Shown: in pieces, positions 46,164-56,207 of the stretch
Numbering within the stretch: position 1 is the stretch's first letter
How the letters are laid out: each line of letters opens with the position of its first letter
IMG/VR virus record: IMGVR_UViG_3300048611_000204
Coordinates: 1 to 57,398 of that record
From: a virus
Taxonomy: Duplodnaviria > Caudoviricetes
Length of the DNA stretch: 57,398 bases
Reading direction: 5' to 3' (one strand)
The notes under the pieces: model-generated
What the model was told of the DNA's origin: nothing
Database searches by the model: none
Seen by the model: the letters and a program-made list of their open reading frames with translations, nothing else
Position numbers and translations under genes: made by a program

Positions 46164-46688
46164 TTAGGCGCTGGCTGCCTGAACCGTGTAGGTGATCAGC
46201 AGCTGATCGTCGGCGATGACCGCACGAGAAACGCTGAACTTCGAGGCGGCGAACAGAACGCCGGCGGCCCCGCCCTTGACGTTGGACGAGACCAGAAACG
46301 CTCCGTAGATGGTCTTGCTGGCGTTGATGGTGAAGGTCGCCTTGTTCGCCGAGTTGGTGATCTGCTGGGACGCGGCGGCTGCTTCGACCCACTCGGGACG
46401 GGTCGCTTCGGTGTAGGCGGTCGACTCGGTCATGCCGTGAGAAGCTGCCGTGTCACCAGCAACTGGGGTATAGCTGGTTTCAAAGAGCCCGACATACCAG
46501 GTCGGCTTCTGCGTGCCGTTGCCGAGGTAGACCTGCAGCAGGTCGTTCAGCCCTTCGTTGACGACGATGTTCTTCTCGTCCCACTCGTCGATGACAACGC
46601 CCTTGCGGACCAGCTGGCAGTGAAAGGTTCCGCCGACGTCGAACGGAGCAAGTTGGCTATTGACTTCGGGGTGCTGTACTTTTTCCAT
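46164..46688 (-). CDS. structural (tail-like) protein
   Basis: NIVVNEG...WYVGL...FTI...TIYGAFL. Confidence 0.65.
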   Translation of the reverse strand: MEKVQHPEVNSQLAPFDVGGTFHCQLVRKGVVIDEWDEKNIVVNEGLNDLLQVYLGNGTQKPTWYVGLFETSYTPVAGDTAASHGMTESTAYTEATRPEWVEAAAASQQITNSANKATFTINASKTIYGAFLVSSNVKGGAAGVLFAASKFSVSRAVIADDQLLITYTVQAASA

Positions 46689-46699
46689 GATGTTTCTCC

Positions 46700-47734
46700 T
46701 TAGATGATGATGCCGTTGCGCCGTACTTCGGCCACGGCGATGTCGCTTGTGCGCATATTGCTGACTTCGCCGCTATTCGGCAGCGAGGAAACGATATGAC
46801 TTTGACCGTTCAAATGCCGAAGCATTGAAGCCCCGACGCCGTCTGCCGGGTAGGAGGTATGATCGCCAGTCGTCTCGATGATTCCCCCACCTTTGGTACC
46901 GATGATCTTCCCTCTTGTCGATTCCCAGACCACTACCGTTCCGGCCAGATTTGCCGACTTGAAGATTTCCCCCCTGGTGGTGAGCAGGGTGCCGGCAACG
47001 GCTCCGCAGTCGGAGACCTGGTTGAAGCGCTCCGGCTCGTTCGGGTTACCTCCGGCGAGAAAATAGACCCCGCTCCCGGTGCCGAAAAAGATCCCGTCGT
47101 CCACCGCGCCAATCACGGAGATGCCGGGCAGATCGAGATAGTCTTTTCTCAGGTCGAACAGCTCCGGCTGGTAGGGGCGGCTGTAGAAGACCCCCTCAGA
47201 CACAACGACCCAAAGCCTGCCGAACAGCCAGGCGAGCTGACTTCCGGCCGGTGGGGCGTCGAGCGCCTGCTCGTCGTCTTGCGGGTTGACGTCCAGGTTG
47301 CTCGGCCAGCTGTAACTGCCGACCCGGGACACCAGCGCGATCGAGCTGCTGTCTGTCGACCAGACGTTCTGGCCATCACTGAGGTAGATGCCGGCGCCGG
47401 TGTCCGCGTAGGATAATCTCCGTTCGCTCATCGCGCCCAGAACCGTTTCGCTCAGATCGGGGCTGATCCGGACCAGCTGACCGTCCCTGACCGCGAAGCT
47501 GATGGTTCCGCTTTGGTTAGACCAGAGCGAGTGGTAGGCGCCGGCGCTGGCCAGGGAGAAGCCCTTGCGCCTTGAGACGGCAAAGGTCGAAGAGATGTCG
47601 ACGTTGACCGCTTCCGGGAGAAAGCTCTTGCCGGCGCCGCGGTCGAGCAGAGCTTCATGCGCGTTCTTGTTGTCGAGGCCGAGAAATTTATTGATCTCGG
47701 TCACGCCGTCATCGACGCCGGTGTACTTGTTCAT
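46700..47734 (-). CDS. putative tail nozzle / tubular protein
   Basis: F.GL.N...AVNVD...RR.G N-terminus; follows adaptor gene. Confidence 0.55.
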   Translation of the reverse strand: MNKYTGVDDGVTEINKFLGLDNKNAHEALLDRGAGKSFLPEAVNVDISSTFAVSRRKGFSLASAGAYHSLWSNQSGTISFAVRDGQLVRISPDLSETVLGAMSERRLSYADTGAGIYLSDGQNVWSTDSSSIALVSRVGSYSWPSNLDVNPQDDEQALDAPPAGSQLAWLFGRLWVVVSEGVFYSRPYQPELFDLRKDYLDLPGISVIGAVDDGIFFGTGSGVYFLAGGNPNEPERFNQVSDCGAVAGTLLTTRGEIFKSANLAGTVVVWESTRGKIIGTKGGGIIETTGDHTSYPADGVGASMLRHLNGQSHIVSSLPNSGEVSNMRTSDIAVAEVRRNGIII

Positions 47735-48522
47735 AAAAACGCCCTCATCGGCGCGTTGGTGGTGAGTTTCTTGTCCAGTTCCTCTTCGAGATGTTTGATC
47801 TCGTCCAGACGATCGAGGAAGCGCTTGCCGTGGATCTCCGCCTTCTTCTTGTCGAAGCTCTCGGCATCCTGCTTCAGGTACATCAGTTCGAGCACACCGT
47901 CCATGAAGGCGTCGTGGTAGACGCTTCTGAACTCGGGCACGTCCGTGTCAGCGGCGAGGTCGGCCAGCGGCAGGCGCCGAATCCGCAGCAGCAAGATATC
48001 CGCTGCCGTCGAGCGGTAGTTGAGTGCGAGCTTGCCGGTATTGAGGTCGGTGGCATACTCGGTCGGATCGGCGACGCGCTGCTCCCACATGACGTCCTGT
48101 GCCCACTTCTGCGAGGAAACCTTGGTGAGGGTCCAGGGCCGGACTGCCCACTTGACCTCGTCTATCTGGAGAACCGAGGCGTGTAGGGCGAGCAGGTAGG
48201 GGGTGACGTCGAGCTGATAAAGCGGAGAACTTGCGCTGTTCGCCCAGAGGTGATCGAGGGTGCCGGACGTCAGGGTGGTGTAGTCGACCGGGTCAACGGC
48301 GATCTGGCAGACAGCGGGGGTGGAGGCGTCGCGGATACAGAGACATTCCTTGGCGATTTTGCGGTAGACGCGATTGACGTAGGCGAGCAAGTCGCTTGAC
48401 GACCAGAAGAGATCATCGTCAAGTCCCACTTCGTCATCGTCAAGTCCCACTTCGTCATCGTCAAGTCCCACTTCGTCATCGGCCAGAGAGCGGATTTCGG
48501 TGATGATCTCCAGTAGCGTCAT
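47731..48522 (-). CDS. head-tail adaptor-like protein
   Basis: MTL.E....R...D...WS...L..Y.N; YLKQDAE.FD. Confidence 0.6.
   Translation of the reverse strand: MTLLEIITEIRSLADDEVGLDDDEVGLDDDEVGLDDDLFWSSSDLLAYVNRVYRKIAKECLCIRDASTPAVCQIAVDPVDYTTLTSGTLDHLWANSASSPLYQLDVTPYLLALHASVLQIDEVKWAVRPWTLTKVSSQKWAQDVMWEQRVADPTEYATDLNTGKLALNYRSTAADILLLRIRRLPLADLAADTDVPEFRSVYHDAFMDGVLELMYLKQDAESFDKKKAEIHGKRFLDRLDEIKHLEEELDKKLTTNAPMRAFL
48413..48481. repeat. 21-bp tandem repeat, 3.3 copies, in frame
   Basis: TCATCGTCAAGTCCCACTTCG x3 + TCATCG; encodes (DEVGLDD)3. Confidence 0.95.
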
Positions 48523-48532
48523 AACAATCCTT

Positions 48533-49066
48533 TTAAGAATTCAACCTCGCGTAAGCGATGTCGAGTTGTCCTTGAGTGACCTTGAAGCCGGCCAGGGCGC
48601 TGACGTTCTGCAATGTATGACGACCCTTGACCATGTAGTTCGGCGGCAGGATCTTGATGATGTTTTCGATCGACTTCAGCCGGAAGCGCTCGTTCATTCT
48701 GTTGGTCTGCTCCCGCTGCTTCGGGACCGTCTCGCCATTGTGAAGCTCCACATGCTGGATCGGCTTCCCTTCTTCCGGAACCGCTTCGAGCGCTTCGACC
48801 CGGGACAGCAACTCCTTGACCTGCGCGATCAGGTCATTTTCGTTCTCGCGCCCGGCGATGGCGATTTTCACCGCCTCGGTCAGGGCGTCCAGCCCCTGCA
48901 GTTGCCCTTCCAGCAGGGAAACTTTCTGCGCCAGGCTGATGCTCTCTTCCAGCACTTCTCCGAACTGTCTGGCGACTTCGCCTATCTTCACTTCGACGGC
49001 GACCAGCCGCTTGTTGAGGGAAGGAACGTTGTGCACCATCTTCTTCTGATCTTTTTGTGGGGCCAT
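48533..49066 (-). CDS. hypothetical coiled-coil protein
   Basis: GAGGA RBS. Confidence 0.65.
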   Translation of the reverse strand: MAPQKDQKKMVHNVPSLNKRLVAVEVKIGEVARQFGEVLEESISLAQKVSLLEGQLQGLDALTEAVKIAIAGRENENDLIAQVKELLSRVEALEAVPEEGKPIQHVELHNGETVPKQREQTNRMNERFRLKSIENIIKILPPNYMVKGRHTLQNVSALAGFKVTQGQLDIAYARLNS

Positions 49067-49142
49067 TGCTGGTATCCTCGTGGAAATGACAAGGGGGAGC
49101 CGTTTCCGACTCCCCGTTGCCGGGTGTATTTCAGGCGATCAA

Positions 49143-49439
49143 TCAGCCTTCCTGGGTGGTGTAACCGGCGACCGGCATTTCGACGAAGACCAGAGACACG
49201 TCCCCGGCGCCGGAGGCCGTCACGCAGAGATCTTCGGTGCTCACGACCTTAATCGGGAAGGTCGTAACGTCGGCGCCCGAGTCGATATTCACCGCGGTAG
49301 TGTTGGCGCCGTGATGATAGACACCAAGGACCAGATAGTCCCCGCCGGAGAGCAGGACGTCGTTGTCAGCGGTGACCGAGAAACGAGCCGTGCGGGGCAG
49401 TGAACCGACAACGGATTTTGCGTAGCGAGTAGTAGCCAT
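49143..49439 (-). CDS. small virion protein
   Basis: AAGGAG RBS; directly after capsid gene. Confidence 0.6.
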   Translation of the reverse strand: MATTRYAKSVVGSLPRTARFSVTADNDVLLSGGDYLVLGVYHHGANTTAVNIDSGADVTTFPIKVVSTEDLCVTASGAGDVSLVFVEMPVAGYTTQEG

Positions 49440-49496
49440 GAGTTTCAATTCTCCTTGTCAGGCAAGCGGCGAGTTGCCCCGCCGCTCACCGGTTAA

Positions 49497-50543
49497 TTAC
49501 GCGTTCTTGATGAAGTCCACGCCGATCATGTTTTCTTTGATGATGCTGGAGCCGTAGACCTGCAGACCCTGCATCAGCTTGCCCCAGCCGAACGGGTTGT
49601 CGATGATCCGGCTTTCCGTAATCTGGGTGGCGAAGGTCACCGCTACCTTGCTGCCGAAAATAACCGAGGTGCTGTCCACCGCCTGGGTGGAGGTCGGCAG
49701 GTTGTTGGAAAACAGCAGCTCAAAACGGTCGATGCCGGGGACCTGACCGGTCATCAGCGGGGTTTTGTCCTGGCCGGTCGCGTAGACCTGGGCGAAGGTG
49801 CCGCCGATGTCCTTGAGCGCCTGCATGGTCCAGGAAGGGAAGATGATGAAGCGACCTTTCTCCGGAGCGTTGTTCTCGTCGAGCAGGCGGCCGTAGAGCA
49901 GGCACTGTTTGACGATATTGGCCGAGGTGGCGGCCGAGACAGCGGCGTCGGAGAGCCCGAGAGTGGACCCGGCGGTGGTCCCGGACGCTACGGTAGTGCC
50001 TTTGGAGGTGGTGCAGCCGGCGACCAGCGCGCCCTTGGCGAGGGTGTAGTTGGAGAAGGCCAGACCGTCGGCGTCGTAGCCGGTAATGGTGGTCTTGGCC
50101 TTGCTGGCGGCAGCGGCTCCGGCGGCGGCGATCGAGGTCAGACCGTTGAGGTCGATGACCTGCTTCATCTGCTCGGCGGCGTCGTCGCCCCACTCGTTCA
50201 TCAGGTCGAGATCGGACTGGAACTCGTCGATCTTGTCGATATTGAAGCTGAAGCCCTCGCCCTGATCGATCTTCAGGGTGACGTAGGGGCTCTCAGGATT
50301 CTGTACCGGCAAGACCATACCCTTCTTGTATTTGAAGGTTTCGATCTTCGGCCGGGTGCGAATGTAGACGGTGTCTCCCTGCTCCTTGATGTCTCCTTCG
50401 TAGTCGGTGTTGGCGATCTTGGTGAAGACCGTCTGCGGGTAGAACTTCTTGACCAGCAGGGCGGAATAGACCGCGGGGATGTACTGGCTGGAAGAGCCGG
50501 TACTATGATCGGGCGCGCCAGAGGCGACGGGAAAAACGGCCAT
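49497..50543 (-). CDS. major capsid protein
   Basis: IP.VYS..L..KFY...IANTDYEG.I...GDTV.IR..P; G..M.GLQVYG. Confidence 0.88.
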   Translation of the reverse strand: MAVFPVASGAPDHSTGSSSQYIPAVYSALLVKKFYPQTVFTKIANTDYEGDIKEQGDTVYIRTRPKIETFKYKKGMVLPVQNPESPYVTLKIDQGEGFSFNIDKIDEFQSDLDLMNEWGDDAAEQMKQVIDLNGLTSIAAAGAAAASKAKTTITGYDADGLAFSNYTLAKGALVAGCTTSKGTTVASGTTAGSTLGLSDAAVSAATSANIVKQCLLYGRLLDENNAPEKGRFIIFPSWTMQALKDIGGTFAQVYATGQDKTPLMTGQVPGIDRFELLFSNNLPTSTQAVDSTSVIFGSKVAVTFATQITESRIIDNPFGWGKLMQGLQVYGSSIIKENMIGVDFIKNA

Positions 50544-50568
50544 GGGAAAATCTCCTTGAGATTAAAGG

Positions 50569-51579
50569 TTATTTGTAGCGCCCCTGTCCGGGGGCCAGCA
50601 TCAGATCGTTCCAGAGTTTCAACGATTCTTCCTGCGAATATTTGCCGGCGCGATCATCCCTTTCGAACTGCTGCTGTGTCGCTTTTGTCCAGATAATCGG
50701 TTCTGGACCGGAGGTGGGGACACTTTGCTGCGTAGCGCGGGAAGGGGCGATGAGCGCCTGTTTGTTCTTGTCCTCGACGGGCGGCTTGACCACGGCCGTT
50801 GGGGCAGCCGGGAGATCGGCCGGTGGCGCGGACGACTGGTAGTAGAGGTTAAAGAGGGTCGCCATCTTCTCGTCGTTCAGATTCTCATAAAACAGGCGGA
50901 ACAGCTGACCGTTGGTGTACAGGCCGCTCGGGTCAGGCTGGTCGAGGAATGCGATGAAGCCCTCGTCCTTGCCTTCCCAGGCGTCGCGCCAGTTGCCTTC
51001 GATTGAGCTGTCCAGGCTGCTTGCGAACTGATCCTCGGCCGACGCGGCCTGGCTCTGCCTGACCGAGTTCAACGTCTCCTGAACGGGGTTAATGGACTTT
51101 TCGATCAACGGGGTAAATTCTTCGGTGATGAGCTCCCGCAGGTTGCTGATGTAGTCTTCCCCGTAATCTTCCCGGAACTGCGCCAGTTTGGCGTTTTCTT
51201 TCGGCTTCTCGGGTTCGGGGGGATCGTGCTTGGCAACTTCGCGGTTGACGCTTTCGAGCACCTCTTGTTTGAATTGCTTGATCTCCGACTGCAGACGCGG
51301 GACTTCGGCGTTGTATTTCCCCTTGAGGCTGGAATGCTGTGAAGAGAGCTTGGTGTGCTCGTTTTCCAGTTTCTCGTAACGCTCCTGCCAGTTCACCTCC
51401 TCGACGGCCGGGGTCTCAGGCACTTCAGGTGTTTCGGTTGGATCGGTATCGGCGGGTTCGGCGCCGGCCGCGGGCGTCTCGGAAGCGGGTTCTTCGGGAG
51501 GTGCTTCTCTGGGAAACATTTCTCCGTGGAGTTTGGCTGCCATCTCTGCTGCTTCCGAAACTTGTTTTGGAATTGCCAT
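50569..51579 (-). CDS. capsid scaffolding protein
   Basis: Acidic/Pro N-terminus, LKGKYNAEVP, ends A..QGR; upstream of MCP. Confidence 0.75.
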   Translation of the reverse strand: MAIPKQVSEAAEMAAKLHGEMFPREAPPEEPASETPAAGAEPADTDPTETPEVPETPAVEEVNWQERYEKLENEHTKLSSQHSSLKGKYNAEVPRLQSEIKQFKQEVLESVNREVAKHDPPEPEKPKENAKLAQFREDYGEDYISNLRELITEEFTPLIEKSINPVQETLNSVRQSQAASAEDQFASSLDSSIEGNWRDAWEGKDEGFIAFLDQPDPSGLYTNGQLFRLFYENLNDEKMATLFNLYYQSSAPPADLPAAPTAVVKPPVEDKNKQALIAPSRATQQSVPTSGPEPIIWTKATQQQFERDDRAGKYSQEESLKLWNDLMLAPGQGRYK

Positions 51580-51628
51580 GATCTTCATCCTTTCGGGGGC
51601 CGGCTGTACGGTTTCCCCTGGTTGGAGT

Positions 51629-51678
51629 AAAAAAAAGGGCCGCAGGCAAAGGGAAAATCCCTTTACACTACGGCCCCT
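51629..51678 (-). terminator. terminator-like hairpin before scaffold gene
   Basis: Minus strand GGGCCG...CGGCCC followed by T8. Confidence 0.55.
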
Positions 51679-51722
51679 TGGTTCAGGTTAGCCAAATATT
51701 TTGTTGTCGTTTAGCTCTTGAT

Positions 51723-51755
51723 GTTTCAATCCACGCCCCCGCTCGGGGAGGCGAC
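51723..51755 (-). CRISPR. solitary type I-C-like repeat
   Basis: Minus strand GTCGCCTCCCCGAGCGGGGGCGTGGATTGAAAC. Confidence 0.85.
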
Positions 51756-51757
51756 GC

Positions 51758-52000
51758 TTAGATTTTGATGAACTCTTCGATTTCGGCCTGGTAGCCGATC
51801 CTGCAGTTGCGCGTCATGGAGACGTTGCCTTTGAACAGCGGCCGCTCCCGTTTGATGATGTCGAGAAGATCCTTGACGGTCCCGGCGCCGACGGTGAAAA
51901 CCCGCTTGGCCGACTTGACCTTCCCTGCGTCACAATGGAAAACGACGGTCCCGCCGTCCTCCAACGTCTTGTTGATCTCAGTGGCGTCGCCCTTCAGCAT
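51758..52000 (-). CDS. hypothetical protein
   Basis: GGAG RBS. Confidence 0.65.
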   Translation of the reverse strand: MLKGDATEINKTLEDGGTVVFHCDAGKVKSAKRVFTVGAGTVKDLLDIIKRERPLFKGNVSMTRNCRIGYQAEIEEFIKI

Positions 52001-52012
52001 TGCAGCTCCATA

Positions 52013-52264
52013 TCAACCGAAACTCGGTTCTCTCGGGGTTGAAATCGGTTTTGCACATTCTCTAAGCAATTCCAACAGGTTGTCAATAGCAAAAGCGTAG
52101 CCCTTGTGAAACTCGTTCATTTCGGCGCCGTCCATCTTGAACGCCTTGTAGTTCTGCTCCGACAATTCTCCAAGATACCCGATCAGGTCGGGCCCGTCGG
52201 CGCTGGCGACAATACGCGCCAGCATTCGCCTGCGTCGTTCTTCATCTGCAATAAAATCAGCCAT
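52013..52264 (-). CDS. hypothetical protein
   Basis: Overlaps portal stop. Confidence 0.65.
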   Translation of the reverse strand: MADFIADEERRRRMLARIVASADGPDLIGYLGELSEQNYKAFKMDGAEMNEFHKGYAFAIDNLLELLRECAKPISTPREPSFG

Positions 52265-54347
52265 TTACCACTCCCGCTTTTGAGCCGTCAGGGTTAACCC
52301 CGACCGGCTTGGTTGGAGCGCCGCCGCCCTTGGCGATCTGCCCCTGTTCTTGGTTTGGATCGCCGCCGGCCATCTGCATGATCATCTGCTGAACACGGGC
52401 GGTGACGTCGGTACTCCCGTCGAGTCGGCCCACATCGGGAAGATCGATACTGTTCGACTTGGCGATCTGGGCGAGCAGTGCCCCCATGTTTTCGGCGCCG
52501 AGGATTTCCATCAGCACCGGGTTCGACACCGCCTGAAGATACTCAACCTTGCGCTGCGCCTGTTCCTCCTTCTCCTGCAGCCGCTTGACACCCTTGGCGA
52601 TGACGTTGGCGTCTCCCTTGACACTTTCATCGTCGCTGAACTTCATGGTGAAGTCGTAGGCCATCTTGTGATAAGAGACAATAATGTCGTCGTCGATGTT
52701 GGCGACCACCGCCTTTATCGAGCGGGCGGCCATGGCGAAGAGCTGGGTGGCGACGCTGGCGGTTCCGGTAGTGACCCCGGATTGACTGGCGCCCTGGGCG
52801 TAGGCGGGAACCGTCATTTCATCCAGCACCCGCGACAGGAAGGTGTAGACGGAGATCAGTTCCTGAGCGTGCATCTGCGGCTGGTAGAAATTGACGGCGG
52901 GGATGTTGTTCTTCATCTGGTGGGTGGTCGATCTGAATTTCTTCCACGGATAAACCGGGGTGTCTTCCGGAATCCGGTCCTTATCTTCTTCCACCATCGG
53001 GCCGGAGGCGATGCCGATATTATTGAGCAGGGCCCTGACCACGGCGTTGATCGCATCCTCGACGACCGCGGAGAACTCGATCATCCCTTCGCCGACCAGC
53101 CAGGCCGGGTTCTTCGCCCATGAGCTGATGTGGTAGGGTTTGCGGCCCAAGCTGTCAGGGTTGATGACCGCCTTGATGATGTGGTCGCCGATCTTCCAGC
53201 AGTTGACCTGGTACTCCGAGCTGGCCTGCACTTCGGCAAGGCCAAGTTCTTCCGCCTTGTCCCCCGCCCATTCGAGCAGCATGGAACCAGCGATGGTGCC
53301 GTAGAATTCCAGGGCGCGGATCTTGGTTTCAATGCTGCCGGTCTCGCTGATCTTCGATTTACGCTTTTCCTTCTCGACTTCCTTGACCTGCTCCTCGTCT
53401 TCGAGGGTGAACCACTTGCCCTTGAGCTTCTTGGCGTCATACTCGGCGAGCACCTGGCGGACCTTATCGTCGTTGTAACCGGGGACGCCGATCAGGTTGC
53501 TGATCGCCTGCCGGGTCAGCTCGTGGATCTCGACGATGTCGCCGTCGTTGACTGTCCGGCTGCCCTTGGTCGGCAAAATATTGAACGGCGAGGCGCAATA
53601 GACCTCGTTGCCGAGTTCTTCCTTGACGGTGAACTCGACGCCGCCTTCCGGCCCGGGCGCCCAGACATTTTTCTTCTTCTTGGTCAGGACCGGGCCCTTA
53701 ATGACGCTGTAATGCACGCGGACGAAGTAATAAAGGAAATCCTTGAAGGCTTCGTCCCAGCCGCCTTCCGCATTCTGATCCCTGACCGCCTGCTGCGCCC
53801 GGCTGCAGCGCTCCTTGGCAGTTTTTTTCAACTCCTTGCGCGCGACGTCCAGCCGCTCGTAGTAATAATCGTTGACCAGGGAAGCCAATTCTTCCGGGTC
53901 GATAACCGCTCCACTCTGGGCCAGCTGTATTTCGATGGTCTCTGCCTCCCGCCTGGTCTCGGCGATGGTCCCCTGCAGGGTTTCGTCGGGCAGTTCGGGA
54001 ATTGGGGTCGGCTCGAAGCTGAACGGGCTGTCGACCGTGTAAATTTCCTTGATCCAGCCGACCGCGGCCCGGGCCTTGGCCTCGCCAACCCGGACGAACG
54101 CTTCACTGCCGCCGAAGTTCTTGATGTCTTGCAGCTTGGCGGCCGGGTATTCGCCGCGGCAGCGCTGTAGGGAAGCGATCATCTCCCGCCTGATCGGTTT
54201 GAAATCCTTGGCGTTGCGCGTGAAGACCGCATGCACATGGTCCGAAAGCCGGGAAATGACTTTGTTCTGGTCTTTGCCGAGTTTTTCTTCGAGAAAGGCG
54301 CGGTCGCCGGCCGGGTCGGCGGTCTTGGGCGGAGTAACGGTCTCCAT
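52257..54347 (-). CDS. portal protein
   Basis: 696 aa between terminase and scaffold; NP..LGRKPY, R.L.NN..IASGP.V. Confidence 0.85.
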   Translation of the reverse strand: METVTPPKTADPAGDRAFLEEKLGKDQNKVISRLSDHVHAVFTRNAKDFKPIRREMIASLQRCRGEYPAAKLQDIKNFGGSEAFVRVGEAKARAAVGWIKEIYTVDSPFSFEPTPIPELPDETLQGTIAETRREAETIEIQLAQSGAVIDPEELASLVNDYYYERLDVARKELKKTAKERCSRAQQAVRDQNAEGGWDEAFKDFLYYFVRVHYSVIKGPVLTKKKKNVWAPGPEGGVEFTVKEELGNEVYCASPFNILPTKGSRTVNDGDIVEIHELTRQAISNLIGVPGYNDDKVRQVLAEYDAKKLKGKWFTLEDEEQVKEVEKEKRKSKISETGSIETKIRALEFYGTIAGSMLLEWAGDKAEELGLAEVQASSEYQVNCWKIGDHIIKAVINPDSLGRKPYHISSWAKNPAWLVGEGMIEFSAVVEDAINAVVRALLNNIGIASGPMVEEDKDRIPEDTPVYPWKKFRSTTHQMKNNIPAVNFYQPQMHAQELISVYTFLSRVLDEMTVPAYAQGASQSGVTTGTASVATQLFAMAARSIKAVVANIDDDIIVSYHKMAYDFTMKFSDDESVKGDANVIAKGVKRLQEKEEQAQRKVEYLQAVSNPVLMEILGAENMGALLAQIAKSNSIDLPDVGRLDGSTDVTARVQQMIMQMAGGDPNQEQGQIAKGGGAPTKPVGVNPDGSKAGVVNG

Positions 54348-54349
54348 GA

Positions 54350-54685
54350 CTACTGCGCCTCCTCCTTGATGACGGACAGATCGGTGATCTGCAGATCCAC
54401 CGACTGTGTCTTACTCTCCTTACCGTCGATTTTCACGCGGTCCTCGATGCGTATGCTGGTCACGTCGCACTTGGCTACCAACATGACGGTTCCGCCGGCA
54501 GTAAAGTCGGAGGCGTCCAGCCCAAGCGCTGTTATCGAGTCGTTGCTGAGGTCGATCCGCAGGCCGTAGGGATACGGGTTTCCCTCATAGTACTCGCAAG
54601 GCTTGCTTTCCTCTTCTTTCTTGTCCCTCTTCGGCTGGGCCATGCTCTTCAGGCCCTTCTGTAATTTCTCCATCGGATTTGCCAT
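54350..54685 (-). CDS. small head-associated protein
   Basis: YPYGLRIDL.....ALGL...V.LQITD. Confidence 0.6.
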   Translation of the reverse strand: MANPMEKLQKGLKSMAQPKRDKKEEESKPCEYYEGNPYPYGLRIDLSNDSITALGLDASDFTAGGTVMLVAKCDVTSIRIEDRVKIDGKESKTQSVDLQITDLSVIKEEAQ

Positions 54686-54703
54686 TGTTTCCTCCTTGGC
54701 TGG

Positions 54704-56206
54704 TTAGACGCATCCTCGCATCTTGGATTTGAAATCGACGACCTGCCTTTTCTGCAGCGGGTTGACCAGATAATCCCACAGGTAAGCGGGGGCGTTGACA
54801 AGGTAGCGCATGTCGTCCATCAGGTGGTCGTTCTTCTTGACGATCTGGCCGTTTTCATCGCGGTGGTAGAGCGAAAGCTCGCGCTGCAGGTTGGAGAGCG
54901 ATCGGAAGATTTTCAGGCGGCCGGTGGTCATCCGCTCGTAGACGTCGAAGATTCCGGATTCCACTGCGTTGTTGGCCAGAAACAGGTTCAGGCCACACCC
55001 TTCCGGCTCAGGTTTGGTGTAGATGTCATAAAGCCGCTCGCCGTCCTTCTGGGAGCGTCCTCTGGCGGCCGGGTCGATGACTCCCTTCTGTTTACCGCGC
55101 GCCTTGATCGCCTTGGCGTGAATGATCGGCTCGGCCATCCCCTGCCGGTGCTCGGAAATCAGGTAGATGATGTCGTTGTCGATGTCCCATGCGCCCCATA
55201 GCGCCGCGGTCATGTTCCAGCCGACGTCCAGGGCGTAAAGCCGCTTGTAGTGATGCGGAACGACGAAGTCGTCGACTGCCAGGTTCTCTGGGTCGACCGG
55301 GTAGACCATGCCGGCGCCGACTGTCGGTACACCTCGGGTTCGCGCGTCGCGCAGCTGCGGCGGGGTACTGGCCAGGATCTTTTTTTTGGTCTCTTCCGAA
55401 ATATGGGGAACGTCGTCCCAGGTGCAGACGCCGACATACTTCGGGTGCTCGACGTCGGTGTCCTGGGAATTATCCAAAAAGGAGAGGACCAGGGGGGTGA
55501 CCCCCTGCAACGGGGTGAAGGTGGTAAAAATAAGCCCGCCCGAGTTTACCAGGCGGATAAGGGCTTCGCCGTAGACGTCTTCCGGGCACTCTTCGTCGAC
55601 CCAGATCCAGTCGATGACCGTACCCTGCCAGGTCTTGCGCCCCTGCTCGTAGGTCTTGAGCACGATGGTGCTGACTCCGCCGGTGATATGCCGGACCTTG
55701 ATGATTTCAAGCGCTTCCGGTACGTTGCGGCGGGTTTTGCAGTCCTCGACGATAATGTCTTCCCGGGAGAGCATGCCGCTGCCCATGTCGTTAATGTCCG
55801 GGCCGACCAGCTTGACCTGAATAATGTCTCGCACCGTGGTCGCCGTGTCGCCCCCGACCCAGCCGATAGTCGGGTGGTTGAAGCGCTTCCCCTTCCACCA
55901 GTGGGGATATTTGCCGGTGGCATGGCAGCGAGCCTCGTAGGCACCAGCTTCGCTCTTTCCGATCTGATTCGCGGCGATAAAAGCCCGCTCGGTGAAGTCC
56001 GCCCCGGCGGCGAAGAAGTTGATTTGTTTCGGGTAGAGCTCACGGCGCAGTAGGCCTTCATCCGGGTAGTAGTTGGCGGCCTTGTTATATTTCTGTTCGT
56101 CGGCCAGGACTTCCAATGCCTCGATCAGCTCTTCCTGTTCGTCGGCGTTCAGGCCCTTGCTGTAAACCGCCACCAGCGATCGGGTCAGTTCGTCCAGATG
56201 GCTCAC
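54704..56206 (-). CDS. terL: terminase large subunit (P22 gp2-like)
   Basis: AANQIGKS Walker A, WVDEE Walker B, TFTPLQG, LDVGW, DHLMD; probable GTG start. Confidence 0.93.
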   Translation of the reverse strand: MSHLDELTRSLVAVYSKGLNADEQEELIEALEVLADEQKYNKAANYYPDEGLLRRELYPKQINFFAAGADFTERAFIAANQIGKSEAGAYEARCHATGKYPHWWKGKRFNHPTIGWVGGDTATTVRDIIQVKLVGPDINDMGSGMLSREDIIVEDCKTRRNVPEALEIIKVRHITGGVSTIVLKTYEQGRKTWQGTVIDWIWVDEECPEDVYGEALIRLVNSGGLIFTTFTPLQGVTPLVLSFLDNSQDTDVEHPKYVGVCTWDDVPHISEETKKKILASTPPQLRDARTRGVPTVGAGMVYPVDPENLAVDDFVVPHHYKRLYALDVGWNMTAALWGAWDIDNDIIYLISEHRQGMAEPIIHAKAIKARGKQKGVIDPAARGRSQKDGERLYDIYTKPEPEGCGLNLFLANNAVESGIFDVYERMTTGRLKIFRSLSNLQRELSLYHRDENGQIVKKNDHLMDDMRYLVNAPAYLWDYLVNPLQKRQVVDFKSKMRGCV

Positions 56207-56207
56207 G

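Noticed and set aside
48413-48481. CRISPR-like array
   Set aside because: Contiguous tandem copies with no spacers, in frame within a gene
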